Shown one piece after another: positions 29,033 to 40,978 of a stretch of 64,000 nucleotides of DNA. The notes under the pieces were generated by a model. That model saw only the letters and a program-made list of their open reading frames with translations, had not been told where the DNA came from and searched no databases. Positions within the stretch are counted from its first letter, which is position 1. Each line of letters opens with the position of its first letter. The translations under genes were made by a program, and so were the position numbers. The stretch is from the NCBI GenBank assembly GCA_002343485.1, contig DDST01000138.1, positions 53,082 through 117,081 of the forward strand, in the 5' to 3' direction. This DNA is from Proteobacteria bacterium UBA2383. Lineage in GTDB: Bacteria > Pseudomonadota > Gammaproteobacteria > Competibacterales > Competibacteraceae.

Positions 29033-31189
29033 TTAGTTTTTCGTAGTTTGTTGGTGGTGATGCAGCAACGCAGTAATTTGATCAACGGGCAAGGGCCGGC
29101 TCAAATAGTACCCTTGGATTTCATCACAATGTTTAGCCTTCAGAAAGCGCAATTGTGCCTCATTTTCCACGCCTTCCGCGATGACGCGCAGCCCCATGCT
29201 TCCGGCCATGGCGATCACCGCAGTGGTGATCGCGGCGTCATCGGGGCGGGTGTTGACCTCTTGCACAAATGCCTTATCAATCTTAAGGCGATCCAGCGGT
29301 AATTGTTTGAGCCGGCTTAGGCTGGAATAGCCGGTACCAAAATCATCAATGGCCAGTTGGACGCCCAGCATCTTGAGACTTTGCAGAGTACGGGTGGCGC
29401 CATCGGGGTCTTTCATCAGCAAGCTTTCAGTGATCTCAAGCTCCAGAGTATCCGCATCGAGACCGGTCTCTTCCAGGATCTGCGCGACCAGTTCCGGAAA
29501 ACCCGGCTGCATGAATTGCAGGACGGAGATATTGACCCCCATGCGTGACAAGCCACAGCCGGTATCCCGCCAGATACGGGCCTGCTGGCAGGCAGTGCGC
29601 AACACCCATTCACCGATCGGGATAATAAGCCCGGTTTCTTCAGCTAACGGAATGAAATCGGCGGGTGATATGGAACCCAGTAAGTGGCTTTGCCAGCGCA
29701 CCAGCGCCTCGACACCGCAAATCCGGCCGCTGAGCAAATCGAGTTGCGGCTGGTAGTGCAGGGACAGTTCGTGCCGTTCGATGGCCTTACGTAACTGGTT
29801 TTCCATCGCCAGGCGTTGGAGGGCGGTTTCGTTCAAAGAGATGTCGAAAAAATGATAAAGATTTCGTCCCTGTTGCTTGGCGGCATACATGGCCATGTCA
29901 GCGTTTTTGAGCAATGTTTCTGGATCGTTGCCATCATGGGGGAACACGGCAATGCCGATGCTGGGTGTAATGAAAACTTCATGAGTTTCGAGCACCACGG
30001 GCCGTGAAAGATCCATTTGGATGCGCTCGGCAACGATAGCGGCATCCTCGCAACGGCGAATTTCGGGGAGAAGCACCGTAAACTCGTCGCCCCCGAGCCG
30101 GGCGATATCGTACTCCATCTGCACGGTGTCATGTTCCAAGCTTGCAATGCTTTCGCGACCTACCGAATCGCTGGCGCGTAGGCTCTCTCTCAGGCGTTCT
30201 GCCGTTGCCTGAAGCAAGAGATCGCCAATGCGATGGCTGAGGGTGTCATTGATGCGCTTAAAGTGATCCAAATCGAGAAAGAGCAGGGCGAGTAAGCGCT
30301 CGTGCCGTTTCGCTAGCTTGATCGCTTCACCGAGGCGGTCCTTGAACAGCGCGCGATTGGGTAATTGGGTGAGACTGTCCGTGAAGGCCAGTTCACGGAT
30401 GCGTGCCTCTGCCTGACAAAGCTTAGTGATGTCCTGCAAAGTGCCATATAAGTGGAGAGGGCAATGATCGTTGCCAAACAGCGTCTCAACCTGCTGGCGA
30501 ACATGGCGCAAGACACCCCGGGCATCCAGAATCCGATAGTTGATTGCTTGAGAACTCCCGTGTTCACAAACGCGGGTAAACCACTGCCAGGCGTGAGATC
30601 GATCTTCCTCGTGAACGAAATTGAGAAGCACGGGCAAGGGGATATCAGGCGTTGCAGTGTCAAAACCCAGAACGGCGCACACTTCTGCTGAGAGATGGAG
30701 ATGTTCCTGTCCCCGGCTCCACCGCCAGTATCCTAGTCGCGCGATGCGTTGGGCATTGGCCAGTTGGCGCTCGCTCTCATGCAGACGAGACATCGCAGCA
30801 CTGGCCCGCAGCAGGTAACGCACCCGGTGTTTGAGCAAGGGGTAGCTGATCGGCTTAGTGATGAAGTCGGTGGCGCCGGCATTGAACGCCTGATCGATCG
30901 ACTCATGGTCATTTAGACCCGTCATCATCAGAATCGGCAGCAGTGCGCTATCTGGCCGCTGGCGTAGTTCAGCGCATGTGGCAAAGCCGTCCAATCCGGG
31001 CATCATCACATCCATGATGACCAGATCGGGAGCAGTGGCCTCGAAGACCGCTAGCGCCTGCCGGCCACTCTGTGCTTGTTCGACATGAAATCCAGCTTTT
31101 TCAAGTGCCATACTTACCAGAGAGCGAACCAAATCGTCGTCGTCGACCACCAGAATCTTGGTGAGCAAGGAAGAGGAAGCAGCATTCAT
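29033..31189 (-). CDS. response regulator with PAS-GGDEF-EAL output
   Basis: 718 aa. REC (ILVVDDDD, DLVIMDVMMP, ITKP), PAS, GGDEF intact (RLGGDEFTVLL), EAL intact (EALVRW, DDFGTGYSS). Confidence 0.9.
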   Translation of the reverse strand: MNAASSSLLTKILVVDDDDLVRSLVSMALEKAGFHVEQAQSGRQALAVFEATAPDLVIMDVMMPGLDGFATCAELRQRPDSALLPILMMTGLNDHESIDQAFNAGATDFITKPISYPLLKHRVRYLLRASAAMSRLHESERQLANAQRIARLGYWRWSRGQEHLHLSAEVCAVLGFDTATPDIPLPVLLNFVHEEDRSHAWQWFTRVCEHGSSQAINYRILDARGVLRHVRQQVETLFGNDHCPLHLYGTLQDITKLCQAEARIRELAFTDSLTQLPNRALFKDRLGEAIKLAKRHERLLALLFLDLDHFKRINDTLSHRIGDLLLQATAERLRESLRASDSVGRESIASLEHDTVQMEYDIARLGGDEFTVLLPEIRRCEDAAIVAERIQMDLSRPVVLETHEVFITPSIGIAVFPHDGNDPETLLKNADMAMYAAKQQGRNLYHFFDISLNETALQRLAMENQLRKAIERHELSLHYQPQLDLLSGRICGVEALVRWQSHLLGSISPADFIPLAEETGLIIPIGEWVLRTACQQARIWRDTGCGLSRMGVNISVLQFMQPGFPELVAQILEETGLDADTLELEITESLLMKDPDGATRTLQSLKMLGVQLAIDDFGTGYSSLSRLKQLPLDRLKIDKAFVQEVNTRPDDAAITTAVIAMAGSMGLRVIAEGVENEAQLRFLKAKHCDEIQGYYLSRPLPVDQITALLHHHQQTTKN

Positions 31190-31231
31190 GTGGGAGAGAG
31201 GACCTTGGCTACCTAGAGGCGTAATAGAATG

Positions 31232-34200
31232 TCATATTTGTTCAAAAGAAAGCTTGGGGGCTTCGGGCAAAGTATCTAATCGCGCGCGGAGTTGGGCAAA
31301 AGCCAGTTCTAAATCGGCAAAGGCGGTTATTGCATCTTCCAGGCGATTTTCCCGGCCCATAGTCTCCAGCTTATGGCATTTTGACGAAAAAATGGCCGCG
31401 CCCAAAGTGGTGCTTGCTGACTTTAGGGCGTGTGCTTTTGCCCGGATTTCTAGGGCATCTGCCGCTGCTATCGCTGTTCGCAGTGCCTCGATTTGATAAG
31501 GTGCGTTTTCCAGGTAAAGCTGGATCATCCGGGTCAGTGGATTGGGCAATCCTTCCCGGCCCAATGCGCGAATTTGCGCCAGTTGGGATTCGTCCAGAAT
31601 TACAGCTGCTTGGTCATGGCTAATCAATGATGCTGATGGGGAATCTAGCGCCGGTGGGAAATGGTCTACTGGGGTGTGCTGGGGTAACCAGCGCGCTAAC
31701 ACAGTATCTAGTTGCGCCATAGTAAGCGGCTTTCTGAGATAATCATCCATCCCGGCGGCTAAACACAGTTCACGGTCGCCGGCCAGCGCATTAGCAGTCA
31801 GGGCAATGACCGGGAGTCGAGGGCCGCCGGATGCCTGCTCCAGCGCCCGGAGTTGCCGGGTCGCTTCAAAGCCGTCGAGCACCGGCATTTGGCAATCCAT
31901 CAGGGCTAGAGCGTAGCGCCGCTGGGCGATCATCGCGAGCGCCTGCGCGCCATCCTCTGCTAATTCAACGTGCAGGCCTAGCTCTTGGAGCATCTCGCAG
32001 CCTAACTCCTGGTTTACCGGGTGATCTTCGACGAGCAGTACCCGCTGATCATGTCGCGCGGCGTGAGCGGCGGCGGACCGGCCTTTTTGATGTTGCTTGG
32101 GCGAGATGACGCCTGCAGCGTCACCTTGCACGATCGCCAGCAGGCAGTTATACAACTGGGATTCCCGGATGGGCTTGGTCAGATAGGCATGAATTTCCAG
32201 CGTCTGCATCCCAGTTTCTTCAGCCTTATTCCAGATTGAATGAAGTAAAATGACAGGCAGCGGCGCTATCACTGGATCGGCCCGCACCGCCCGGATCAAA
32301 TCGATACCATCCATGCCAGGCATCTCCCGGTCGAACAGGCCCAAGGTGAAAGGGTTGCTTGCCGCGTTCTCGCGGAGTTGCAACAAGGCAGTGCTGGCGC
32401 TATCGGCACTCGCGTGTGGAATGCCCCAAGCGGTCAATTGTTCTTCTAGGATGGTCCGGCTTGTCGCATTGTCATCCACGACCAAGACCCGCATGGTGCT
32501 CAATGTATCAGGAAACCGCAGCGAGCGATCGGCGCTCGCCAGTACTTTAGCCAGTCGCGCAGTGAACCAGAACCGGGAACCATGTCCAGGCTCGCTATCT
32601 ACTCCGATTTCGCCGCCCATCAGCCCAGCAAGACGCTTGCAGATCGCCAAACCTAGTCCGGTACCGCCATATTCGCGGGTGGTTGAGCTATCGGCTTGCG
32701 AAAAGGATTCAAACAACCGGGTCTGTGCTTCGGGGGAAATGCCGATACCGGTATCGCGCACTTCAAATTGCAGCAGGACTTCCGTATCCCTGTCTTCAAG
32801 CGCTTTCACCCACAACGCGACCTCGCCCGCTTGGGTAAACTTGCAGGCATTGCTCAGCAGATTGGTGACTATCTGTCGCAATCGTCCGGCATCGCCCCGC
32901 AGCTTTGGGTATACGCCAGGTGTGATTCCACAAGTCAGTTCCAGACCTTTACGCTGGGCGCGCTCAGCAAACAACTCAGTCACCTCATCGATCAGTTCAC
33001 GAAGATCAAAAGGCGAGTTGTCGAGCTCTAGTTTATCGGCCTCGATTTTTGAGAAATCCAGAATGTCGTTAATGATGGCTAGCAGCGACTCTGCAGAGCG
33101 GCGGATATTGCCGGTAAACCGGTGCTGACGCGCCGACAGTTCGGTATTGGCCAACAATTCGGCCATACCCATCACCCCGTTCATCGGCGTACGGATTTCA
33201 TGGCTCATCACAGCCAGAAATTGTGACTTGGCCTGGTTGGCTTCTTCTGCTGCTTCTTTGGCAGCTTGCATCTGGTGTTGTAATTCGACGCGTTCACTGA
33301 TGTCTTGGGCCACACAGACGATACTGTTTTTCATAACGCCATCATCAATCAATGAGGCAGATAGCGACACTAAAATGTGACGGTTATCCTTGCGCCGGTA
33401 AGCGCAATCGATGCCAGCAACCCGGCCAAAGCGGCGAATCTGGTTGAGCCAGCTGGCATACGATGAGTTAGGCTCCAGCGTAACCAGATGTGAAAACTCG
33501 ATCCCTAATAGCTCACCCTCATTATAACCAAGCCACCGTGCCATAGCCGGATTGACATCAGTGATGCATCCGGCCGGGTCGAGTACGGCAAGTGCGTCAT
33601 TCATACTGCCAAGGATATTTTCGACGGCATTCTTTGAGATAGTGGTCCTGCGCAATTCCGCGGCCATCCGGTTGAATGCGTTGACTAGTAAGCCAATTTC
33701 ATCGCGTGAATCGAAAAGTAATGTAATGGGTTCGCTGAGATCGCCCGTCTGCTGGATCCGATCCATCGTTTGGCGGATTTGCGTTAAGGGATTAACCACG
33801 CTGAGGATTACTTGATGACTAAAGCCGATGGTGAAGCAGAAGGCAATGCTTATTAGCAGACAGGCCGTCCAGGTGAGTTCACGGCTATTGTTCTGGATAG
33901 CAGCGATGGTGCTATGGAGAAAATCGGTTTGTTGCTTCACTAAGCCGTGGAGGAGAGGGGTTAGTTGGGCAATCACCGGCGCAGCGCGGGTTGCCATCCA
34001 GTGATTGGCGATGTTCCAGTCAGGGCGGCCTCGCAGCTCCAGCAGTTTGCCGGCAAGTAAAGAGAATTGTTGACGGGCGTTAAGGTACGTTTCAAAAATT
34101 TGCTGCTGTTCTTCGCTCATCAGAAAATCCAGTAGCAAGAGTTCTTGAGACCGGGTCTGATTACGCATCCACTCCTCACTCCAAGCTTGGTGATAGCGGT

Positions 34201-34834
34201 TCTCGCCGGTCAGCAAGTAGTCGCGCAGATTGGCCGCAGCGTTGTTAGCGCTGCCTTGAGCGTGAGCGAGGATAAATGGGAGTTCTCCATGTGATGCATT
34301 GGTTTCCCGATGCCGCTCCAGATCGATCAGATGGGTCAAACTGTTCGAGAGGATTGAGGAGAGCGGTGCCGCTTGCTCGGTTAGCAACTGCACAGCGGGA
34401 ATATTGTCTGGCGTCCAGGCAATGTCTTCGATCGCCTGCTGATGAGCCAGGGCATCGGTCAGAAGCTGTTCGATGCGGGCTAAATCCGCTGCTGGCGGAT
34501 TCAGTGGATTTGACGGGGTTGCTGTCTGGGTCTTGAGTTGAGCGAGGGCTGGCAGGATCTCTTGCTCAATGGCCGTGCGCCGTTCTGTGCGGAATTGAGG
34601 ATCGCCAAGCAGCATCCAACCGCGCAGTGCGGCTTGGGAATGTTCGAGTCCGCCCAATATGCGCAGACTCGCCAAGGCCATCGGTGTGACGTGGCGAGTG
34701 ACCTCTTCCGTCGCCCCAAGATTCTGCTTGACCATGATCAGGGTAAAGGTACCGGTCACGGTGATGGTGAGAAACATCAAAGCCAAGCCGATATTTAGCT
34801 TTGCTCGTAGGGACCAGCTTTTGAGAGGACGCAT
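31232..34834 (-). CDS. hybrid sensor histidine kinase (periplasmic/4-helix sensor, HAMP, PAS, HisKA-HATPase, two receivers, HPt)
   Basis: 1200 aa. [13 protein letters not shown]-box, [27 protein letters not shown]. Two REC domains (VLVVDDN.., [17 protein letters not shown]). C-terminal HPt ([13 protein letters not shown]). Confidence 0.9.
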   Translation of the reverse strand: MRPLKSWSLRAKLNIGLALMFLTITVTGTFTLIMVKQNLGATEEVTRHVTPMALASLRILGGLEHSQAALRGWMLLGDPQFRTERRTAIEQEILPALAQLKTQTATPSNPLNPPAADLARIEQLLTDALAHQQAIEDIAWTPDNIPAVQLLTEQAAPLSSILSNSLTHLIDLERHRETNASHGELPFILAHAQGSANNAAANLRDYLLTGENRYHQAWSEEWMRNQTRSQELLLLDFLMSEEQQQIFETYLNARQQFSLLAGKLLELRGRPDWNIANHWMATRAAPVIAQLTPLLHGLVKQQTDFLHSTIAAIQNNSRELTWTACLLISIAFCFTIGFSHQVILSVVNPLTQIRQTMDRIQQTGDLSEPITLLFDSRDEIGLLVNAFNRMAAELRRTTISKNAVENILGSMNDALAVLDPAGCITDVNPAMARWLGYNEGELLGIEFSHLVTLEPNSSYASWLNQIRRFGRVAGIDCAYRRKDNRHILVSLSASLIDDGVMKNSIVCVAQDISERVELQHQMQAAKEAAEEANQAKSQFLAVMSHEIRTPMNGVMGMAELLANTELSARQHRFTGNIRRSAESLLAIINDILDFSKIEADKLELDNSPFDLRELIDEVTELFAERAQRKGLELTCGITPGVYPKLRGDAGRLRQIVTNLLSNACKFTQAGEVALWVKALEDRDTEVLLQFEVRDTGIGISPEAQTRLFESFSQADSSTTREYGGTGLGLAICKRLAGLMGGEIGVDSEPGHGSRFWFTARLAKVLASADRSLRFPDTLSTMRVLVVDDNATSRTILEEQLTAWGIPHASADSASTALLQLRENAASNPFTLGLFDREMPGMDGIDLIRAVRADPVIAPLPVILLHSIWNKAEETGMQTLEIHAYLTKPIRESQLYNCLLAIVQGDAAGVISPKQHQKGRSAAAHAARHDQRVLLVEDHPVNQELGCEMLQELGLHVELAEDGAQALAMIAQRRYALALMDCQMPVLDGFEATRQLRALEQASGGPRLPVIALTANALAGDRELCLAAGMDDYLRKPLTMAQLDTVLARWLPQHTPVDHFPPALDSPSASLISHDQAAVILDESQLAQIRALGREGLPNPLTRMIQLYLENAPYQIEALRTAIAAADALEIRAKAHALKSASTTLGAAIFSSKCHKLETMGRENRLEDAITAFADLELAFAQLRARLDTLPEAPKLSFEQI

Positions 34835-35106
34835 TTACAGACTCCAAGATATTTAATCTATTGTTTTATATATTATTGTTTGGTATATCTCGTCAGCACC
34901 GCTGAATAAGCATCAAGAACAATGCGCTACTTATATTAAATTTAAATAAATGATACTGCGGGTCGATACGATTGATTTTGTGCTCAGAGCAAAATCCAGC
35001 GCTACATCAATAGGTTTGATTCCATCCAAGATGGATTGCCAGCGCGATCTGAATCACGTTGCGCAACGCTGGGTCCTGTAAGAATTACCGGGTCATGTAA
35101 GAATTA

Positions 35107-35931
35107 ATGAATCTCGATGCCCTGACCAATTTTGTTGAGCATTATCCACGTTTATTTGTGTTGACAGGCGCAGGGTGCAGTACGGACTCGGGCATTCCTG
35201 ATTACCGGGATCGTAATGGTAATTGGAAGCGTCAACAGCCAGTGTGTTATCAGGAATTCATTAGCAGTGAGCGGATCCGGCAACGCTATTGGGCGCGTAG
35301 CTTGCTGGGCTGGCCGATGTTTGCGGGCGCCCGGCCAAATGCTACCCATTCGGCGCTGGCACGGCTAGAAATGGCTGGATACATCTACCAGCTGGTAACC
35401 CAGAACGTGGATGGGCTGCACCAAAAGGCAGGCAGCCGGCGAGTGATCGACTTGCACGGCCGGCTTGATACCGTCACTTGTCTGGATTGCCGTTATCGAG
35501 AACCACGCGAAACATTTCAACGGGCACTGGCACACGGTAATCCTAAATTTGCTGCATTAGTGACAGCGATTGGACCGGACGGCGATGCAGACTTGGAGAA
35601 TGCAGACTTCAGCCAATTTCATACGCCGGGCTGTCCGCGATGTGGGGGAATGCTCAAACCAGCAGTGGTATTTTTCGGTGAAACCGTGCCGAAACCTCGC
35701 GTTGAACGGGCCTGCCAACGGCTGGCCGAAGCTGATGCCCTGTTGGTCATTGGGTCCTCATTGATGGTGTTTTCCGGCTATCGTTTTTGCAAACTGGCGG
35801 CGGCTCGTGGTCAGCCGATGGCTGCCATTAATCTCGGCCGCACTCGTGCTGATGGCGAATTGACTCTCAAGGTCGAACAGGCATGCGATGCTGTCTTGTT
35901 GGGATTGCTGAGACGGTTGTACGTTCCGTGA
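35107..35931 (+). CDS. NAD-dependent protein deacylase, Sir2 family (SIRT4-like class)
   Basis: 274 aa. [21 protein letters not shown], zinc ribbon CLDC...CPRCGG. Confidence 0.9.
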   Translation: MNLDALTNFVEHYPRLFVLTGAGCSTDSGIPDYRDRNGNWKRQQPVCYQEFISSERIRQRYWARSLLGWPMFAGARPNATHSALARLEMAGYIYQLVTQNVDGLHQKAGSRRVIDLHGRLDTVTCLDCRYREPRETFQRALAHGNPKFAALVTAIGPDGDADLENADFSQFHTPGCPRCGGMLKPAVVFFGETVPKPRVERACQRLAEADALLVIGSSLMVFSGYRFCKLAAARGQPMAAINLGRTRADGELTLKVEQACDAVLLGLLRRLYVP

Positions 35932-36060
35932 TGAACAGCGTAGATCCACAGCAAGATGGTGGTTAGCCCTGCTTTTGAGGAGCCTATGACGATGATTATT
36001 GCGTTGAGGGCTGGATAATTTCCGGTGGATTGTCAGACACATAACATCGTTTTTTAGAAT

Positions 36061-38199
36061 ATGTCTACGCTAAAAAGCCACAGCTCCTTTTTCTGTACCG
36101 GTTCATATCGATACCGGCGTCCCGGTTGCTGGTTAATACTGCTGGCTCTATTGGGCGGTCTCTTGTGGATAGTGGACCGCTGGTTTCCGCCACCTACTGA
36201 GCGTGCCCGGCAAATTTCCGTGCAGGTGCTGGATGCGCAGGATCGCATCTTGCGGATCTTCACCGCTCCTCCAGGGGTTTGGCGGTTACCTGTGCAGCCA
36301 ACGGACGTGGATCCGCTGTTCCTGACTATGCTCATGGCTTACGAAGACCGGCGTTTCCCCGAGCATCTAGGCATTGATCCCTTAGCGGTCATCCGGGCAT
36401 TGGGGCAATGGCTGGGTCATGGCCGGATCGTGTCGGGTGCTTCAACCCTGACCATGCAGACTGCCCGCTTGCTGGAACCGCATCAGCGCGATCTGATCGG
36501 CAAGATTGGCGAGATGCTGCGCGCGCTGCAATTGGAGCGGCGTTATACCAAGGATGAGATTCTCAGCTTTTACCTAACACTGGCTCCCTATGGAGGTAAC
36601 CTGGAAGGCGTGCGCGCTGCGGCACTGGCTTGGTTCGGCAAAGAGCCGGGGCGTTTGACCGCTGCGGAGGCCGCGCTGATGGTGGTATTGCCGCAAGCAC
36701 CGTCACGGTTGCGTCCGGATCGCTATCCTGAACGGGCGAAAGCTGCTCGCAATAAGGTATTGGCGCGCATGGAACAGCTAGCGGTGCTAACCCCGCGTCA
36801 AGTAAGTGAAGCCCGGGAGGAACCCGTGCCCGTCCGGCGTCATCCTTTGCCCTTTCTCGCCCCTCATCTCGCCGGGCGGTTGCGCGTAGCCCAGCCGGAG
36901 ATAACCCAGCACCATACTTTCATCAACCGCGACTGGCAGGGGACTTTGGAAACACTGGCTCGCCAGCAGCATAGCACCCTGGAGCCACACAGCAGCATCG
37001 CTCTGCTGGTCGTGGCGCATCGCGACCGGCGAGTGTTCGCTTATGTCGGGTCCAGCGGCTTTTTCGATACACGCCGGGCCGGACAAGTGGACATGGTCCG
37101 GGCAATCCGCTCGCCAGGTTCCACGCTCAAACCACTGGTCTATGGACTGGGTTTCGATGACCTGCTCATCCATCCTGAAACGCTGATTGAAGACGTGCCA
37201 ACTCGTTTCGGTGATTACACGCCTGCTAACTTCCGCAATACCTACGCGGGTCAGTTGACGGTGCGCGAAGCGCTACAACAATCGTTGAACATCCCGGCAG
37301 TGGCGGTGCTGGAACAGGTCGGACCAGCACGGGTAGCGGCGCGGCTGCGCGAGGTAGGATTGCCATTGTATTGGAATCGGGCCAATCCACAGCCGGGGCT
37401 GCCGCTGGTGCTGGGTGGGGTAGGCACGACGTTGGAAAAACTGGTTATGCTGTATGCAGGCTTTGCCAGTGGTGGCTCAGTCGCACCTCTGCGCTTTGGG
37501 CCAACCGACCCCGAACCGGTTGGTCAGCCGCTACTCTCGAATACCGCCTGCTGGTATCTGGGCGATATTTTGCGCGGTTCACCAGTTCCTCAAGATGCCG
37601 CTCCACCCGTCAGCGTAACGCGGCCTCGCTTCATCGCGCATAAAACGGGCACCTCCTATGGCTTTCGTGACGCTTGGGCGCTGGGTTTTGATGCTGATTA
37701 TGTGGTTGGAGTCTGGGTTGGGCGGCCGGATGGCTCCCCCAGTCCTGGCCATTATGGCCGCAATACGGCTGCACCACTGCTCTTTCGGGTCTTTGATCTG
37801 CTGCCGGAGCCGGTGAACCCATTCCCGTTGCCGCCCGATCATGCGTTGCGGGTTGTTAATCGCACGCAGCTGCCGGAGCGGTTGCGCTATTTTCGTACCC
37901 GGCCTGTATCGCAGTCTCTCGGTGCTCCACCGCTGAGTATTACCTTTCCCGTCACCGGAACGACTGTGGAGTTACCCGGTCAGGAGGGTGCCTGGGGCGA
38001 ACTGCCGTTAACGGCACAGGGAGGTGTCCGGCCGTTGCATTGGCTGGTGAATGGCCAACCGCTTCCGGTGGACCCGTGGCGCCGGGAGGCTTTTTGGGTG
38101 CCTGATGGCGAAGGGCAAGCGTGGATTACTGTATTGGATCAATCTGGTCAGGCCGCTAACGCCGAAGTGTGGATCAGCCGCATGCCTACCGGGCATTAG
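36061..38199 (+). CDS. pbpC: penicillin-binding protein 1C (bifunctional transglycosylase/transpeptidase)
   Basis: 712 aa. GT51 motifs EDRRFPEHLGIDP and GASTLTMQ. TPase motifs SPGSTLKP and KTGTS. C-terminal PbpC-type domain. Confidence 0.9.
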   Translation: MSTLKSHSSFFCTGSYRYRRPGCWLILLALLGGLLWIVDRWFPPPTERARQISVQVLDAQDRILRIFTAPPGVWRLPVQPTDVDPLFLTMLMAYEDRRFPEHLGIDPLAVIRALGQWLGHGRIVSGASTLTMQTARLLEPHQRDLIGKIGEMLRALQLERRYTKDEILSFYLTLAPYGGNLEGVRAAALAWFGKEPGRLTAAEAALMVVLPQAPSRLRPDRYPERAKAARNKVLARMEQLAVLTPRQVSEAREEPVPVRRHPLPFLAPHLAGRLRVAQPEITQHHTFINRDWQGTLETLARQQHSTLEPHSSIALLVVAHRDRRVFAYVGSSGFFDTRRAGQVDMVRAIRSPGSTLKPLVYGLGFDDLLIHPETLIEDVPTRFGDYTPANFRNTYAGQLTVREALQQSLNIPAVAVLEQVGPARVAARLREVGLPLYWNRANPQPGLPLVLGGVGTTLEKLVMLYAGFASGGSVAPLRFGPTDPEPVGQPLLSNTACWYLGDILRGSPVPQDAAPPVSVTRPRFIAHKTGTSYGFRDAWALGFDADYVVGVWVGRPDGSPSPGHYGRNTAAPLLFRVFDLLPEPVNPFPLPPDHALRVVNRTQLPERLRYFRTRPVSQSLGAPPLSITFPVTGTTVELPGQEGAWGELPLTAQGGVRPLHWLVNGQPLPVDPWRREAFWVPDGEGQAWITVLDQSGQAANAEVWISRMPTGH

Positions 38200-38473
38200 T
38201 CATTCTGGTTTCGTGCTGCTTTCAGCATGGAATTGGCCAGCGTCAATTCATTGACGACCCGGACCCCTATAAGCTGCTTGGAGTTAAAGTCAAAATATTG
38301 ACGACCATGCTCTATTTTAAGCTATTGTTTAATAAAAAATTAATAGTTGGCTTTTATTTTGCACCAACTGCCATGCGATTTCCAACTGACCAAGAGCTGG
38401 TTGGAAGCAATTGGTGAAGCCGGATTGATGGATCATGGGTTACAGCAGCGAATGACCGAAAAGGCTAAGAACG

Positions 38474-39340
38474 ATGGAAACGAAGTGGGCACGTTTTATT
38501 AAAGCATCGGTACAAGTATTCGCATTGATTAGCGTCTGGCACGGTGCGTCGGCAATGGTCGCCAATGGCACAATGACAGAACCATTATTGCTACGATTTA
38601 TTGATCCGCTTGCAATTCCTGCTACGTTATTAGCGGTTATCGGTTCTGTCGCTGCGACACAATTGCGGTTACGTGGGCGGCGGAAAGTGCGCAAGGTAGT
38701 CCATGAGGAACATATTGAGCCAGTGCAATCTATCGAAAAGTCCTTGTATATCGAACAGAATGAGTTGCTCATTACGGAACTGAAAAAGCAGGTCATCGAA
38801 TTGAGCAAGGATAAGGAGCATCTGATCTATCTGCTTCAGGAGAGGAGTGCCCGCCTTCGCGAAGATCCGCTCACTGGCATTCCCAACCGGCTAGCTTATG
38901 AGGAGCAATTTCAGCAAGAATTTCAGCGCTGGAAACGTTTCGGTAATCCTTTGACGTTTTTGATCTGGGATATCGATCACTTCAAAAAAATCAATGACTA
39001 TCATGGTCATGCTATTGGCGATGAGATTCTGCGGATGGTCGCGCAACAAATAAGCAGCCGTCTGCGCAGCACTGATTTTCTGGCACGCTACGGCGGCGAG
39101 GAATTTATCATGTTATTGCCAGGGGCTGATGTTAACGCAGCTCATCTGCTGGCGGACCAAATCCGGCTGCATATTGCTGAATGCGAATTCAGACAAGGCA
39201 ATATCCGCGTGTCCGTTACCATCTCTTGCGGTTTGTCGAGTTTCGAACCAGGGGATGGCTTACAGAGTGTGTTCAAGCGCGCTGACCAAGCGCTGTATCA
39301 GGCAAAGAGCGCAGGAAGGAATTGCTGCTGGATTTCCTAA
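38474..39340 (+). CDS. membrane-associated diguanylate cyclase (GGDEF)
   Basis: 288 aa. Hydrophobic N-terminus, coiled coil, GGDEF domain with RYGGEEFIMLL. Confidence 0.85.
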   Translation: METKWARFIKASVQVFALISVWHGASAMVANGTMTEPLLLRFIDPLAIPATLLAVIGSVAATQLRLRGRRKVRKVVHEEHIEPVQSIEKSLYIEQNELLITELKKQVIELSKDKEHLIYLLQERSARLREDPLTGIPNRLAYEEQFQQEFQRWKRFGNPLTFLIWDIDHFKKINDYHGHAIGDEILRMVAQQISSRLRSTDFLARYGGEEFIMLLPGADVNAAHLLADQIRLHIAECEFRQGNIRVSVTISCGLSSFEPGDGLQSVFKRADQALYQAKSAGRNCCWIS

Positions 39341-39526
39341 GAGTTGCTATTTCCATAGCAGCACGGTCTGGTCAGTAAAGTCTCCATAATGGTCCGATAG
39401 CCGTTGGATTGCCAAGAGGTGGCGATCCAACGGCTTATCATCGATGTGTTTTCCCTGTTTCCCGGTCTTTCTTTAAAAGCGAATTTTGTACCCTTGCTGA
39501 CGGTCTACAATGAAAAGTGATCTTTC

Positions 39527-40978
39527 ATGATCACGATGAGAACCAGCATGCGGGTATTCAAGATTCTGATTATAGTGCTGATGTGGACGGTGTTTGGCTG
39601 GGCCGCTTCAGCGCCGGTGGTATCTCCAAACATAGCGTTGCTGCTGGAAGTGCAGGGCGTCATCGGTCCGGCCAGCCGGGGTTTCATTCTGCGCGGCTTG
39701 GAACAGGCGCAGGAACGCAATGCGGCGGTTGTGATCCTGCAGATCGACACTCCTGGCGGGCTGGACAGTTCAATGCGCGATATTATTCAGGCCATCCTGG
39801 CTTCACCGGTGCCAGTCATTGGTTATGTCGCCCCGGAAGGCGCCCGCGCTGCCAGTGCAGGTACTTATATTCTTTACGCCTGCCATGTCGCTGCCATGTC
39901 GCCTGCCACTAACCTTGGCGCCGCTACGCCAGTGCAAATCGGCGGTCTACCGATACCGGTGCGGCCCTCTGGCCCAGATCAGCCTGGGGAGACCTCCAAA
40001 GAACCGTTAAAGGATCAACCCAGTACTCCTCAATCTGGGAAGCCTATTGAGAAGACCGCAGCGCCGGCTGGTTCTGACATGGAGCGCAAATTGATCAATG
40101 ACGCGCGTGCCTACCTGCGCTCGTTGGCTCAATTGCGTGGGCGCAATGCTGAGTGGGCCGGACAGGCCGTCACCGAAGCTGCCAGTCTCAGCGCCCAGGA
40201 AGCCTTGCAGAAAGATGTGATTGACTTGGTGGCCGCCGATATTTCCCAGTTATTGGTGCAAATCGATGGCCGGTCAGTCATGATCGCTGGCGAATTACGT
40301 CCACTGGCGACTCGGGAATTGAAGGTTGAAATCGTCACGCCCAATTGGCGTAACCGCTTGCTGGCGTTGATTGCCCATCCGACGGTTGCCTATGTGCTGA
40401 TGCTGATTGGGATTTATGGGTTGTTCTTCGAGTTTTCCAATCCAGGTGCAATGTTGCCAGGCGTCATTGGGGGAATTTGCCTGTTGCTGGCGCTGTTCGC
40501 GTTTCAGGTGCTCTCAGTCAACTATGCCGGTCTGGCGTTGTTGCTATTGGGGTTGGCATTTATGGCCGCTGAAGCGTTTGTGCCTAGTTTCGGGGTGCTG
40601 GGTTTGGGTGGAATCGCCGCGTTTGTCACCGGCTCGCTATTACTATGGGATGAAACCGGTCCCGGTTATGAGGTTCCGTTGGGCCTGATTGCCGGTTTCG
40701 CCCTGGCCAGTGCCCTGTTATTGACAGGGCTGGCGATGCTGATGCTCCGCCAGCGCCACCGTCCCGTTGTCAGTGGCCGGGAGGAATTACTCGGCGCGAT
40801 CGGTGTGGTTACTGATGAGCAGGCCGGTTGGGCCAGGATTCACAGTGAATCCTGGCGGATTCGCACTGGACAGCCTTTGCGCCGGGGTGAGCGGGTGCAA
40901 GTGGTCGGTCGCAATGGACTGACGCTGATCGTGCGGTCACTGGATTCTGCATCCGCAAAAGAGGAGCCATTATCATGA
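39527..40978 (+). CDS. NfeD-family membrane-bound ClpP-class serine protease
   Basis: 483 aa. Signal/TM, ClpP-like domain ([14 protein letters not shown]), TM block, C-terminal NfeD OB domain. Overlaps the stomatin gene by 4 nt. The start codon is uncertain (three in-frame ATGs). Confidence 0.9.
   Translation: MITMRTSMRVFKILIIVLMWTVFGWAASAPVVSPNIALLLEVQGVIGPASRGFILRGLEQAQERNAAVVILQIDTPGGLDSSMRDIIQAILASPVPVIGYVAPEGARAASAGTYILYACHVAAMSPATNLGAATPVQIGGLPIPVRPSGPDQPGETSKEPLKDQPSTPQSGKPIEKTAAPAGSDMERKLINDARAYLRSLAQLRGRNAEWAGQAVTEAASLSAQEALQKDVIDLVAADISQLLVQIDGRSVMIAGELRPLATRELKVEIVTPNWRNRLLALIAHPTVAYVLMLIGIYGLFFEFSNPGAMLPGVIGGICLLLALFAFQVLSVNYAGLALLLLGLAFMAAEAFVPSFGVLGLGGIAAFVTGSLLLWDETGPGYEVPLGLIAGFALASALLLTGLAMLMLRQRHRPVVSGREELLGAIGVVTDEQAGWARIHSESWRIRTGQPLRRGERVQVVGRNGLTLIVRSLDSASAKEEPLS

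Noticed and set aside
32250-33128. 292-aa plus-strand ORF, and similar long antisense ORFs such as 24013..24747, 50255..50875, 61123..61665 and 22407..22895
   Set aside because: Each lies entirely inside a well-supported gene on the other strand. Their compositions are low-complexity and rich in Ser, Arg and Ala, and I see no motifs. They are shadow ORFs.
35107-35931. Sir2 protein as an anti-phage (Thoeris/DSR/pAgo-associated) effector
   Set aside because: It is a compact 274-aa sirtuin with a full zinc ribbon and the QNVDGLH catalytic motif. It has no fused sensor domain and no partner gene, which is consistent with a housekeeping deacylase.
38205-38325. Roughly 40-codon open frame on the minus strand downstream of pbpC (..EHGRQYFDFNSKQLIGVRVVNELTLANSMLKAARNQND*)
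   Set aside because: It has no start codon and is bounded by an upstream stop. I recognise no family. It could be a gene relic, but I cannot support that.
39399-39435. 11-bp inverted repeat AGCCGTTGGAT...ATCCAACGGCT downstream of the GGDEF gene, as a terminator
   Set aside because: The stem is perfect, but the loop is 15 nt and no U-tract follows. Its function is unclear and I do not annotate it.
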